Source of the DNA: Elsinoe ampelina
Taxonomy: Eukaryota
Direction: 5' to 3'
NCBI GenBank assembly: GCA_010093995.1
Contig: ML992501.1
Span: forward strand, 1,332,566-1,396,565
Length of the DNA stretch: 64,000 nucleotides
Below are positions 22,117-33,681 of the stretch, one piece after another. The notes below the pieces were generated by a model that searched no databases, had not been told where the DNA came from, and worked only from the letters and a program-made list of their open reading frames with translations. Every line of letters starts with the position of its first letter. Within the stretch, counting starts at the first letter, position 1. Both the position numbers and the translations under genes were made by a program.

Positions 22117-23063
22117 TCATAGCTGATGCCCACACTTCGATAGAAGCTCTGGAAGCCTATTGAACCATTCCGCCTCTCTCGTTTGACCAACATCGCTGTC
22201 CTCCCCCTCGGATCCCTCGTCTTCCTCACTCGCACCACCATCCGCCTCGCCCTCTCCCCCGCCACCCTCCAGCTCCTCCGGCAAAGGCTTCACCCTCCTC
22301 AACCTCCCCCCACAATGCCCACAAACCCTCCTCTCCTCAACATCAATCCTCTTCTTCTGCCTCCCCACCTCCACCCCACACCCACCATACCACCTCCACT
22401 CCCCCTCCCCATCCCTCACCCACTCCAACTCCCCCTCCGTCCCCGCACAAGCCCACACATATTTCCACTCCAACTCATAATCATGCCTCTTCGTGACCCT
22501 CACCCCCATCTCCCCAAACACCGCCTCACACCTCCTCCCCCACGCCTCGAACTCCCCTCCATGCTTGCCCCGCGGCACCTGGTCCACCACTCCCACGGCA
22601 ACATGGCAGAACTCACGCGCGAGGGTACTGCGCAGCCTCTCCTCATCCGTGAGGATCTTGGAGGATAGCTCGATGGTCGCGGCGTAAGCGGGGACGGTCG
22701 GGGTCGAGGTCTCGGGTGAAAAGGACGGGTGGTGGCGCGGCCGGCGGTGACGGTGAAGTGCGGGTTCCAGATTAGGTGGACGCCGCCGGTGGGAGCAGTG
22801 CGCTGTGCGATGAGGGAGGAGGTGAGGGTTTGGTCGAGTTGGGTGAGGAAGGTGTGGGCGAGGGTGTCGCGGGTTTCGGTGAAGGGGGCGTCGTGGGGAC
22901 CGGGGTCGTCTTGGTTGGGATCGTCTTGTCTGGGGACGTCCTGAGTGGGTTTTGAGATGTCTGGGGTTGGGGTCGGACCGGGATGGCGAACATGCGGGCG
23001 CTGCAGAGGAGGTAAGCCGTACGGTGCGCGTATCATATCTTGTTCTGTGGCGAAAGGAGACAT
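22117..23063 (-). pseudogene. SprT-like (GCNA/ACRC-type) metalloprotease paralogue A, frameshifted
   Basis: The N-half (GGVHLIWNPHFTVTAGRA) is in ORF 22500..23063. The C-half (IELSSKILTDEERLRSTLAREFCH, HGGEF, CGHCGG) is in another frame, with no splice signals at about 22700-22735. HExxH is changed to REFCH. Confidence 0.7.
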
Positions 23064-23504
23064 GGTTCGCGAGGCTGGTCTCGGGCGTTGGCTGGAGCGA
23101 ATGATGTGGGTTCTGAGCAGCTGGGGAAGAAGGTTGGAGGCTGAGTAGTGAATGTAGAGTGAAGGGTGAATCGCCGCTGAAGGTCGTTATATCCTGTCCT
23201 CCAGAACTGTATCGTGGCTGGGCTCGGGCAGTGGGCACTCCTTATCAGGGCTAAAGCTCAGTGTGAATTTGAAGGATTTGAAAGTGAATTAACATGAAAT
23301 GATACTGCTGTAATGTCCGTATGTAGATATTCATATGTTTGCATGTGATCATCCACCACGCAAGTGAAGTATCTTGTGTATCTGCGTCTCGTCTGTCGTA
23401 TTGATCGACAGGGATGAGAAGTACACAACAGTCTGATATCCTTAGCAAGTCGGTAACGATCCCAGCCATCACCTGCCATTCCTTCACAGCAGCACACTCC
23501 TTGT

Positions 23505-24608
23505 TCAAAGATCCAGGTCGTATTCATCGTCTTCCTCATCAGTCTCCTGGCTGTCCTCACTGTCATGGTCCGAATCATACTCCAGCGGCTCCTCGCTGTC
23601 TTCGGTATCGCTTCTGAGGGTGTTAAAGGTGTAGGGTCCGCTGCGTATAATGTGGTCCATCTCGTCAGGTGGTGCGATGAAGTCCTTCATGCTGGTCCCT
23701 CCAGCTTCGGAGCTGTCGTTTGGACTGCCATACCCTTGATACCATCTCCCGAGCTGCTCAGACACCATGCCGATGTCCGTCGGACCTTGCTTTTCCAGGT
23801 AGTTCTTCGCAGCCCTGAAATTATTCTTCTGGTAGGTATGCCATTCCGTGTTGGTGCATGCAGAAGGGATCGGCTTGACCTGAACCAAATGTCCGTTACA
23901 TTTGCCGCACCTGTCCGTGTTGGTGTCGATCTTCTTGGAGTGGGCCTTAACCTCGCCACCACAGCCACCATCAACGTGGTGTATCCAGCTCCCATCGTCA
24001 TTCTCTTCCCACGTCACCGACGACTTCTGCCTACCAGAACAGGTCCACAGGTATTTGTACTCGATCTCATAGCCGTGCTTGGCTGTGATGACGAAGTCCT
24101 TCTCGGGAAAAGCTTCTTCGCACCTACGAGCCCAAGTCATAAACGCTACTCCATGAGCTTCTTTCACATTGTCGACGATGCGGGCCGCCACATGGCAGAA
24201 CTCATGGGCCAGAGTCCGGTAGAGGCGCTTTTCGTTGGTAATAACCTTAGTCGCCAGCCAGATCGTAGCTCGGAACTGCCTGTGGCCATGGACGTTGACG
24301 AAACCACGGTCTTCAGGGTCTTTACAAGATGGTACGGACTGTGCTCTTCCGGATGTTCTGTTCAGCGTGTTGGTCCAGACAAGATTCACTCCGCCAACAT
24401 CGCGGGTGGCCGCGCCGATGGCTCCATTGGTGACCTTTTGATCAAGATCGTAGACGAAGTCTTCGGCGAGGCGTTCTTTGTTGTCCTCGAAGTCAGCGCG
24501 GGCTTCAAAGTGTTCTTCACTTGGATAGCTGCTATGGGCTGGTAGGTTGTAGGGAGTCCAGTCGATCTGACTGGCGGTAATCTTCTTTTGTTTGTTCGAC
24601 TTTGGCAT
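23505..24608 (-). CDS. SprT-like (GCNA/ACRC-type) Zn metalloprotease paralogue B with Zn ribbon and possible HMG-like tail
   Basis: Likely start MPKSNKQKK at 24608. VWTNTLNRTSGRA, TLAHEFCHVA, HGVAF, YKYLWTC..GCG and RCGKCNGHL, followed by a helical segment and an acidic tail. Confidence 0.85.
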   Translation of the reverse strand: MPKSNKQKKITASQIDWTPYNLPAHSSYPSEEHFEARADFEDNKERLAEDFVYDLDQKVTNGAIGAATRDVGGVNLVWTNTLNRTSGRAQSVPSCKDPEDRGFVNVHGHRQFRATIWLATKVITNEKRLYRTLAHEFCHVAARIVDNVKEAHGVAFMTWARRCEEAFPEKDFVITAKHGYEIEYKYLWTCSGRQKSSVTWEENDDGSWIHHVDGGCGGEVKAHSKKIDTNTDRCGKCNGHLVQVKPIPSACTNTEWHTYQKNNFRAAKNYLEKQGPTDIGMVSEQLGRWYQGYGSPNDSSEAGGTSMKDFIAPPDEMDHIIRSGPYTFNTLRSDTEDSEEPLEYDSDHDSEDSQETDEEDDEYDLDL

Positions 24609-25183
24609 ACTGGTAGTATACGTGGTGTGGCAGAGGTTTTTAGAGAGAGCGGTCTTCGCAAGATGTTGAGGTCGTTGGATGTGAGTCCAGGTGAAGGTGT
24701 CGCAGCGAAGGCAAGGTTGTAGCTCTGCAATAGGTGGCGAGTGAGGCGGCTCATCCTGGGACAGCATGTGAAAGCCGCCTCCGCTGCAAGACCTTGCACC
24801 GTGGCCATCCGCGTCCTGGTAAGGTCGAGTGGTGAAAGACGAGCGTGCATTTCTGACTATACTAAGGGAAGCAGCAGAGGAACTGGAAGAAGTCAAGAGA
24901 GGAGATATCTTGGCTTACCTTGGTAATTATGTCACTTTCGAGGGCACAACCCAATGAAGGAACTAGTCGTTCCGAGGAGAGTGGTCCAATCTATCTGTAT
25001 TACACTGTGCTGGTCATCATCGTCAAAACTTCGTGTCCATCTGTGTGGCATCACATTCCAGGCCCATCCGCTCGCGCGATGCCCTCCTTTCCAAGCTCGT
25101 TTGAAACACCAACAATTGTTGCCAATGCCGAATCCTCAAGTCCGAACTACCACCAGCAAGATCTACCAGTGATGAGCTCCACG

Positions 25184-26083
25184 CTAACCATCGATATGAT
25201 CTTCCTTCTTCACCCCAGTTGTTCCCGGCAAGTCCTCGTGGGAGGCCGTGAAGAAATCCCCATCATGCTGACACTCCTTCTTGACTACCACTTCCCTGCT
25301 GACTCCCTGCCCAGCCTCTGCAGCCTTCTTCTTGAGCTTATACCTACGACCTCCATTCTCGAGATACGTCACCTCCAATTCGACCATCTTGCCTCCACAC
25401 TTCTTACAGCGAGGTTTGGCCTGACCAGGCTGACCCAAGACACGAGCTCGTACGCCAGGACACCCACCAAGCAGGAACGTGTTGCCTTCCTTGTCGAATA
25501 CCTCGTGAAGAATACCCCTGCGACCACCGCACTGTCCATAGTACTTCCATTTTATGGCGTAGTTGTGGGTAGCTTCGATCTTGACGTTGTAGTCCGAGAA
25601 GATCTCCTCTGCGAGTTTTCCCCATTTCATGAAGCCAGGGCCATGGGTGGTGATGAAGTCTTTGTCGACGAGACAGACCATCAGGTGGCAATATTCGTGC
25701 ACCAATGTGTCCAGAAGTTTCTGTCTTTGGTCGAGAAGTGTTGAAGAAAGCTTGATGAAGACTTTGGGAAGGACACGACCATCTGCAGTTTTGATGTCAC
25801 GGTAGTGAGCGTAGCCCGCGGTTAGGAGCAATCTTTTAGCCCAGATGATCTGTACGCCACCCGTCTGCTTCGTGGCTTCTGCGATCCTGCCTTTGCCCAA
25901 CTTCTCCTCCAATTCGATGAGCAGTGAATCGGCTTCAGCTTCGCGAGTATTCTCAAAGTCGTTCTGGGTCGCGGTGGCGGTGGTCGCGGGTTTGTCGGTC
26001 GGACGAGCACTGATGAGTACACGCATATAGGGACTGAAGCGTGATCTGCCATTGTGCTTCTTGGGCTTTGTTGATTTGGGCAT
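25184..26083 (-). CDS. SprT-like (GCNA/ACRC-type) Zn metalloprotease paralogue C
   Basis: MPKSTKPKK start, IIWAKRLLLTAGYA, TLVHEYCHLM, HGPGF and RCKKCGG. Confidence 0.85.
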   Translation of the reverse strand: MPKSTKPKKHNGRSRFSPYMRVLISARPTDKPATTATATQNDFENTREAEADSLLIELEEKLGKGRIAEATKQTGGVQIIWAKRLLLTAGYAHYRDIKTADGRVLPKVFIKLSSTLLDQRQKLLDTLVHEYCHLMVCLVDKDFITTHGPGFMKWGKLAEEIFSDYNVKIEATHNYAIKWKYYGQCGGRRGILHEVFDKEGNTFLLGGCPGVRARVLGQPGQAKPRCKKCGGKMVELEVTYLENGGRRYKLKKKAAEAGQGVSREVVVKKECQHDGDFFTASHEDLPGTTGVKKEDHIDG

Positions 26084-26937
26084 AGCAGCTGGCAGTGTCT
26101 TTGTAATATGGTATTCGATTTGGTTGTAGTCGGGTACTCGGAGTAGGGTCTTCTTCGGTTCGTGCGTGTTACTCTTCTGCCCACACCAGCAGGGGAAGTT
26201 GCTTGGTTAAGTAGGCACAGAGCTGTCTGCCCAAGACAGACAATCATTGCTGTATGAAAGCAGATAAAGCCTTCGACAATGACAGGGTGAGACAATAGCT
26301 CATGCAAACGAGGGAGCCTGTGAGATCTGTATGCCACCGTCGTTGTCTCATGGCGCGGCTCTCTCAGGCGCAGACAAACAAGGAAGCCATCCCCAATACA
26401 CTAGTGTCGCAACGGAGAAGGCGAAGATGCTTCAGATATCATAGAACAGTGTGGTCTGCGTATGTGATAGATCGAGACTGTGGCTGAGCCGGGAATCTTA
26501 GAGCTCAGTCTCCGATGACTTGCCAGCATCGAATTTGCTGCAAGTTGGACCGCAACATACACTCAGTGCAGCACGTTGGTCTATCAACCTATGGACAGTC
26601 TGTCAGCGTCCGTGGCAGATTTCCAATTTTCACCGCGAGTCGCTATGTTGGTGATTTGGCCGATGTTTTAGGTCAGTAAGACAGCTGTACAGGAAGGATC
26701 GCCGAGCGACCTTCGTCTCGCGCGGAACCAAGGCCCATGCGACTTGTGATAATTGTCAAGTCATTTCCCGGCAGACGTAGCAGCGCCTGGTGGGCCAATG
26801 TTCATGTTCCTTAGTAAACCTGGACAAACAAGGTCAAGGATGCACATCAGGCCACCAACAATCTGACAACGCCAAGAATACCTCCCCTCCCCTCTACCAC
26901 CACAAACACCTCCCCCCTCTCTCACTCATCAAGCAAA

Positions 26938-27649
26938 ATGGCCCCTTTCACTATCCGCCCTGCCACTCCCTCGAAAGACGACGGCCTCCGCCTGATCCGC
27001 AACTTCGACTCCCAGCTCCCCTGGCTCGCCGCCACCGGCTCCGGCGACCAATGGGGCTCCGAAACACGCAGCACCAACCCCAAAACCCTCACTGAATACC
27101 GTGGCAAAGTCGGGAAATCCTCGTCCAGCGCCGATGAGCCGTGGACGAATGAGTCGACGCGGACCTGGATCGTCGAAGTGACTGTGCCGCGGGCGGAGCT
27201 GGAGGGGAGTGCGGTGGAGATTTTGGGGGATGAGGGCGTGCAGGGGGATGGGGGGAACGGGCTGGTGACGATTCCGGTGGCGGGGGTGGTGTTGGAGGGG
27301 AAGGCGGTGGAGTATATTGGTCCTGTCATGCCGGTGCAGGATGAGAAGGATCCATTTGTGTTTGTTAAGTATTTGATGACGGATCGGAGGGCGGGGGAAT
27401 TGGCGAAGGGGGCAGGGGCGTTTGCATTGCGGTATGCGGTGGATCGGGCGAGGGCGTTGGGTTTCAAGCGGGTGGTGTTGGACTGTTGGTCTGGGAATGG
27501 GGGAAAACTGGCGGGGTGAGTAGATGAGGGTGATGCACGTGAAGTGGTTGCTGACGTCGGATAGGTTCTATGAGAAGCAGGGGTTCACGAAAGTGGGAGA
27601 CTTTCAAACAGAGCGCTGGTCTGGGACAGTTTTGGAGATGAGACTGTAA
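26938..27649 (+). CDS. GNAT-family N-acetyltransferase
   Basis: WLAATGSGDQWG and KGAGAFAL..A..RA..LGFKRVVLDCWSGNGGKL. Intron 27516-27564, then FYEKQGF (GNAT motif B). Confidence 0.85.
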
Positions 27650-27878
27650 ATGCTTGCTTCGCTAAGATAGACACGGTGTAGACATCGCGTCCGCAGGGTC
27701 GGGTGCCAGCGGTGCCATGACGTGACAACAGTCCAGTCGTCAAGTACTACCATGCTCCGCGCGTCCTCGAAATAGAATCACAGAGAAGGAGGGGAAGCGC
27801 GAGCACAATGATACCCATGCCGAGCCCTTCCTTGTCCAATTCTAGTCTATATACATGAACGCTTGCGCCACAGCCCTT

Positions 27879-29463
27879 CTACAACATAGCCTTCGGCATC
27901 TCCTTCATTGCCTGTCTCACACCCAAATCTGCGAGAATCTCCTCGGTACCACCCAGGATGGCATCAAACTTGTAGCATCGATGGAAGTGCTCTACCGTCC
28001 GACCCATGCCTGACTGCGTGATACCTCGTCCACCAAAGATGTTCACAGCCTCATCTGCAACCTCGTGTGCTGATCGAGTGGCAAAGGACTTCAACAGTCC
28101 GATAGGGCCTGATAGTGACTTTGCCTGTTGAGCATATGACATGTTGCACATTTGATAGGTGATCTGCTCGAGCCATGCTTGGTTGGCCTCAACGTGGGAG
28201 ATCATCTTCGCGAGTCTGTGATAGATTAGCAGCATTCGCGTATGTTGTCGGGTATGCTCACTTTGCTCGAATAACTGGCTGGGACAGCAGGTTCTTGCCA
28301 AATACCAGTCTCTGGTTGGCCCACTTCAAGCACTCCTCGACGATGATTCTCTGCCAGCTTATGACAGCGCAGCACATTGTCCACCGCTCATGATTGAAAT
28401 TGCTCATGATGACCATGAAACCCTGATGCTCCTTGCCGAGGAGATGGTTGACCGGTACAACCACGTCCTGGAACTCGATGTACGCCGTACCTGCTGCAGT
28501 CGAATAGCTGGTCTTGATCGGCTTCGTCTCCACCGCATCGCTCCGCTCAACAAGGATGACCGAGAATCCTTTGTCCGTCTTACACCCCACGACGAAGTAA
28601 TCACACCACATACCGTTCGTGATCCACTTCTTCGTACCACGAATGATGTAGTTCTTCCCATCCTTTGTCTTCTCCGCCGTTGTCCTGATCCCCGCCACAT
28701 CACTCCCAGCAAACGCCTCGGTGATCGCCAGACAAATTTTCTTCTTCCCACTCAAACACTCGTCCGTCACCCGGTCCCTCAACTCCTTGTCCCCCAACCA
28801 CTCCCTTACTGCCGTCAGAGAAATCATCATCCCCGCCATATTCCCGTCCTGGAAACCTCTGGCCTTGGCCCTGACACTCTCCTGCGCCGTGACCAGATCA
28901 TGGAAGTAGTCAAACTCCTCCCCTTTCACTACTCCTCCCATCAGCTCCTTACCGTGCAAATGCTTGCCTGGCCCCAGCTTCATCGCCAACAACCCATTCC
29001 CCGCCATCCGATCAATCAGCTCCTGGCTGATATACGTCCCATCCGCCTCCTTCTCCTGCGCTTCGGGGTAGACATACGTATCCGTGAACTCCCTCACGGC
29101 TTTTTGCAAGCGCTTGTGGCTCTCCTTGTAGTACGGGCTCTTGAACGCGGGTCGCAGCCACAGAGGCTCGGCGTACGGTACCTGTGACAGATCGCCGGGC
29201 TTCTGGTCGATGACCTCGGGCTTCTCCCCGTCGATGACGCCGATGCATAACGAGGAGTATTTCGTGAGGACCTCGTGTCGGTGCAGGTTGTAGAAGGCGG
29301 TGGTGGCATCGGTGCCGGCGATTTGGGTGAGGACTACGCTGCCGCCGGGGTGGGCGTCGAGGAAGTCGGAGAGGTCGTAGACGCGGTGGTCGATGATGCA
29401 CCAGAGATCGTCTTCGGAGTTGTGTTTGGCGACTTCGGCGCGGGTGAGGGTTTGGTGGGGCAT
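27879..29463 (-). CDS. Acyl-CoA dehydrogenase with N-terminal cytochrome b5 domain
   Basis: HPGG heme motif, LAITEAFAGSDV, GTKKWITNG, NFNHERW, IFGGRG and ILGGTEEI. Intron 28216-28261. Confidence 0.92.
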
Positions 29464-29964
29464 GATTCGTGGGTTGGACGAGTGATTGGGAGTATTCTTA
29501 GAGGATGTTGGAGCTGCAGGAAGGAGAAGATACTATAGCCTACCGTGTGAGATGGGAAAGGGAGCGAGAGACATCATACAGAATATTTCGCGTCTGTTCA
29601 GTCAACGGCACGTGAGAGCAGGGTTAATCTTCACGAGATGCCGAGGTCCAGCGTCAGGGTGAATGTCTAGCGTCTGATTGGTGCACTGCGATCTCCGTGA
29701 CGGCTTTTGATCCGGGGACGATCTGGGGCGGACCCAGATATGGTTCAGAACTTCAGGGGGTCCTTCACATGCTCAGGGGCAGATGGCGATTCAGAGATGC
29801 TTAATCACTATGATTGATATACTAGCTTGCGCCGTGCTATACAATTTCCTACATCGCTTGAGCCTGAAAACATCAAACATGTCCTGTACAATTTTCACCA
29901 CCCTAATCTCTGCTGCACCGCTGAGGACCTCTCCCAACCACAACCAGACTGTGAAAAACGCCTT

Positions 29965-31488
29965 CTAGTATTCCATAGCTTCCGTAAACAGGTCTCTCAA
30001 TTGCTCCCTCTCGACGTCCGTGTTCTGCATTTCCAAATTCGGTGCCAGCATCAACACTCGAGCTTGGGGCATTGTGCCCTCGACAAGCGTGTCAACGTGG
30101 CTGTTCTTGAATCCCAGATCTTTGAGACCTCTTGGCTGATCACCGAGACCCACCAAGAATTTCGCCAGTGCCTCACTTAATACCTCGCCAGCAGATTCGC
30201 GTTTGACCTGGCTGATATCGACACCGAATGCTTCGGCTGCTGCCAAATGACGCTCGGGATTGCTAGCGCCTGTGAATTTGAATACTGCTGGAGCCGTGAC
30301 AGCGACCGATACGCCGTGAGGGATGATAGGTGTATCTACAACATAACCAGCATGCCTGTAGCCGGGATTTTGCGAAGAGATCGGATAGCTCATGCCGTGG
30401 CAGAGATGGACTCCGGCGTTACCGAAACCGACACCAGCAAGTGTGGCAGCGAGCAACATCTGTGCTTGAGCTTCATGGTCTTCAGGATCCTTTACAGCTC
30501 TTGGAAGATATTTGACGGTGCTCCGGAGAGCTTGGAGTGAGAAGATATCGGAGATGGGGTTAGCTCCTTGGTAAGCTGGTCGATTGATCGGATTAGTGGG
30601 TCTAGGAACACGCTGGTCGTAAGGGATGGCGGTCCAAGACTCGAGACTGTGGCATAGAACATCGAGACCGGACGAAGCATGGACTGCTGAGGGCATGGTC
30701 CTGGTGTTGAGGGGATCACATATTCCTAGCGTTGGCTTCAGGTTACGATGAGCAATCCCGGTCTTTGCCTTCTTGGAGACTAGGTCGAAAATGGCGGTTC
30801 CGGTCGTCTCTGATCCTGTTCCAGCTGTTGTCGGTACCGCAATCAGTGGCTTGAGCTTCGACGTGATCGGTTTACCCTTTCCAAGTGGCGCGTTGACGAA
30901 ATCGAGGAAGTCGGCCTCGGGGAAGCTATTGTACAGGTTCATAAGCTTCGCTGTGTCGATGACTGATCCTCCACCAACTGCCAGGAATGCATCCGGATTG
31001 TATGGCTTCGAGAAATCAATTGCTTCGCGAATGCTAGACCTTGTTCAGCACGGGACGTTTCCAGCGATTGCTGTCACTTACGAAGAGTCCTTTGGCTCTA
31101 CTCTTGTCTTGCTGTATACCTCGAACGCAATTCCTTCTCTTTCCAGACCTTCTGTGACCTGCTTCATGGCATTGAGCTTTTGTACGGTCCCATCTGTCAC
31201 TACCATGACCTTCTTCGCACCGAGGTTCTTGAAGTCCATGCCGACCTCCTTTGTGCAGCCGGGTCCAAAACGAATACTAGAGGCAGCCATTTCGAAAGCA
31301 TACTCTTTCTGTTGCGAGTAGTCGACGGGCGTAGCGAGAGCTCTCCGTGATTCTTTGATTGCGCCATGATTGTGGTGGTGACCTGGATTGGAATGACACG
31401 GACAGTTGGGAGGATGCGTGTATTGGACGGCGCGGAGAAGCCCCAGAGCTTTGGCAGCTTTCGTCGGAGCCACGCGTACAGCGGCCAT
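29965..31488 (-). CDS. Hydroxyacid-oxoacid transhydrogenase (iron-containing ADH family, ADHFE1-like), mitochondrial
   Basis: EYAFEMAASSIRFGPG, VGGGSVIDTAK, PTTAGTGSETT and GNAGVHLCHGMSYPI. Intron 31034-31081. Confidence 0.92.
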
Positions 31489-32450
31489 TGTGCTTGCAAA
31501 GGTGAATAAAGATGCGTGAAAGGAGGGTGAAGGTGTAGTGGAAGGAGGAGAGCAAAGAAAGGAACAGATCCGGCCGGACTTCCTCCACTAGAGCAATTGA
31601 AACAGGACGGTGGTTGTTGCTCCTCGGCTTGGCCTATTTCATGCGGCGCCGTGGGGCTTTTTTGGATCTCAGATGCGGGGAACATCAACAGCCCGCGGGA
31701 GGCCTTCATCAATCTCCCCCCCACCTCCGAGAGGACGTGCGAGATCTGCCAAGGGCACGTGCACCGATCGTGCATGCCGATGGTCAAGTTCAATTATTTC
31801 CATCCTCTGCCTGTACAGCATTACTTCGAAGCCGTGACCATGTGAAAATGAATCTGGAAGGCATGATGCAGCTGAAATTTTATCACCTATGCTCAAAGCC
31901 GGCGTGCCGCAACTCTCTCGGGCTTCCTAGACTGCCTGCTAGGAAGACGTTTTACATCTTAGAATAAATCTTACTTTGTTTATGCTCACGAGATCATTGC
32001 ATAAAGTCGCCCTCGATCTTGTTTCTAGGTCGTGAATCTGCATGTGCAGTCGACAGAGGCGAACCCGACAGTCTGGTGCCCGTAAGATGCCTCAGGCTGA
32101 TGGCAAGCGCCAAGGCCGCAGACGGACAGCTGATTGAGGGGCCTTTCCGTCGTCACCTTTGTGTTTCTCAACCTTGATGTCTGGCGCTCTCCATCTCGAA
32201 TACATACTTGCCCACACATCTCCTTGAGAACTCGAATATTCACAGTCTCACGTCACCTCGCCCATCGATCCGCCTCATTATCAGCTCAGTTTTGATTAGT
32301 CCGGAATCCCGATTCGTCAGCGAAGCCGGCTTCGAGACCTCACAAGACACCTCATCTTTCGTGCTACCAAAACTCGTTTCTTACTATACACCCCTCGCAC
32401 GACCGACTCGTACCCTTATTAACCACAGAGTATCGTGAGAAATCACAGCC

Positions 32451-33032
32451 ATGTCTACATCAGCCCGTCGCCGTCTCATGCGAGACTTCAAGGTACACCC
32501 AGACTCTTTGCGGACGCCTCAACAGACACGACTGATCCTTGTGACAGCGCATGCAGACAGATCCTCCTGCAGGAGTCTCTGCATCCCCCGTCGCAGACAA
32601 CGTCATGACCTGGTCAGTAAGAGCTGGACGACCTCATGGCGGTCCAACCACATTGGCAAACACAGCAGCTGACGTCGACCCAGGAACGCCGTCATTATCG
32701 GCCCATCTGACACGCCCTTCGAAGATGGAACTTTCAGACTCGTCATGACCTTTGAGGAACAGTACCCGAACAAGCCACCCGGAGTCAGATTCATCAGCCA
32801 GATGTTCCATCCAAATGTATACGGCACCGGCGAGCTGTGCTTGGATATCCTGCAGAACAGGTGGAGTCCGACATACGACGTAGCCGCCATCCTCACAAGC
32901 ATTCAAAGTCTGCTTAACGATCCGAACACCAGTTCTCCAGCGAATGTGGAGGCGTCCAACTTATACCGGGACAACCGCAAGGAGTACACCAAGCGCGTGA
33001 GGGAGACAGTGGAGAAGAGCTGGGAAGACTGA
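32451..33032 (+). CDS. RAD6: Ubiquitin-conjugating enzyme E2 Rad6/Ubc2
   Basis: [14 protein letters not shown], two introns, and [26 protein letters not shown] with the catalytic Cys. Confidence 0.96.
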
Positions 33033-33681
33033 ACATGCGGAACCCGGAGTCATCACCGACTGATACCCATAACTATACGAACATTGACGGCAGATGCATA
33101 ATCATCGCACGGAATACCTTGAGCACTACCGGGCATGCAAACTTAGCGTGGCGTTGGCTGGGATTTTATTGCACCTCTTCTTTTCGGTCAGAAATAGCTG
33201 CTTTGGACTTGTATCAGTCTTCCATAACCATGAATCAATGCAAAGCGATGAATCAGTGGTCTTTCGTATGCATGAAGCAGTGATGTCGCAAGATGGAGCT
33301 GCAATCTTAGACGCGTTCACGTGCCGATCCCCTGGCTGCGTCCCGCGTGGGGAGGAACATTCATGTCCCAAGTTTTGCCGACCAAACATGAAACCGCGAC
33401 ATTGGAACTGATAATCATAATCCAACCATATCTCAATTCCATCTTGCGCTATTGACTACATTTTGTCCGGACCTAATAGAGACGTCAGGTACATTATCGA
33501 GAATCCGACAGAATCATCGAAGGCCTCCTGCGCTACAACCTTCGGCAGCCCAACTTCCGCTCTACTAGCATAGAGCCGGGCTTGTCGAATTCATGAACAC
33601 AACACCACTCCGCTGAGGAAACGACTGGACTGGATTGGCCCGCCAGACGAAAAGGAGCGCTACGCTCCACCAACTGCGAAC

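Noticed and set aside
22183..22668. Pro/His/Leu-rich ORF and C-rich tract resembling a repeat
   Set aside because: Reverse complement of the G-rich 3' end of SprT copy A; no periodic unit.
23565..25744. Plus-strand ORFs 23565..24545 and 24920..25744
   Set aside because: Antisense to SprT-like genes that carry clear motifs; no independent features.
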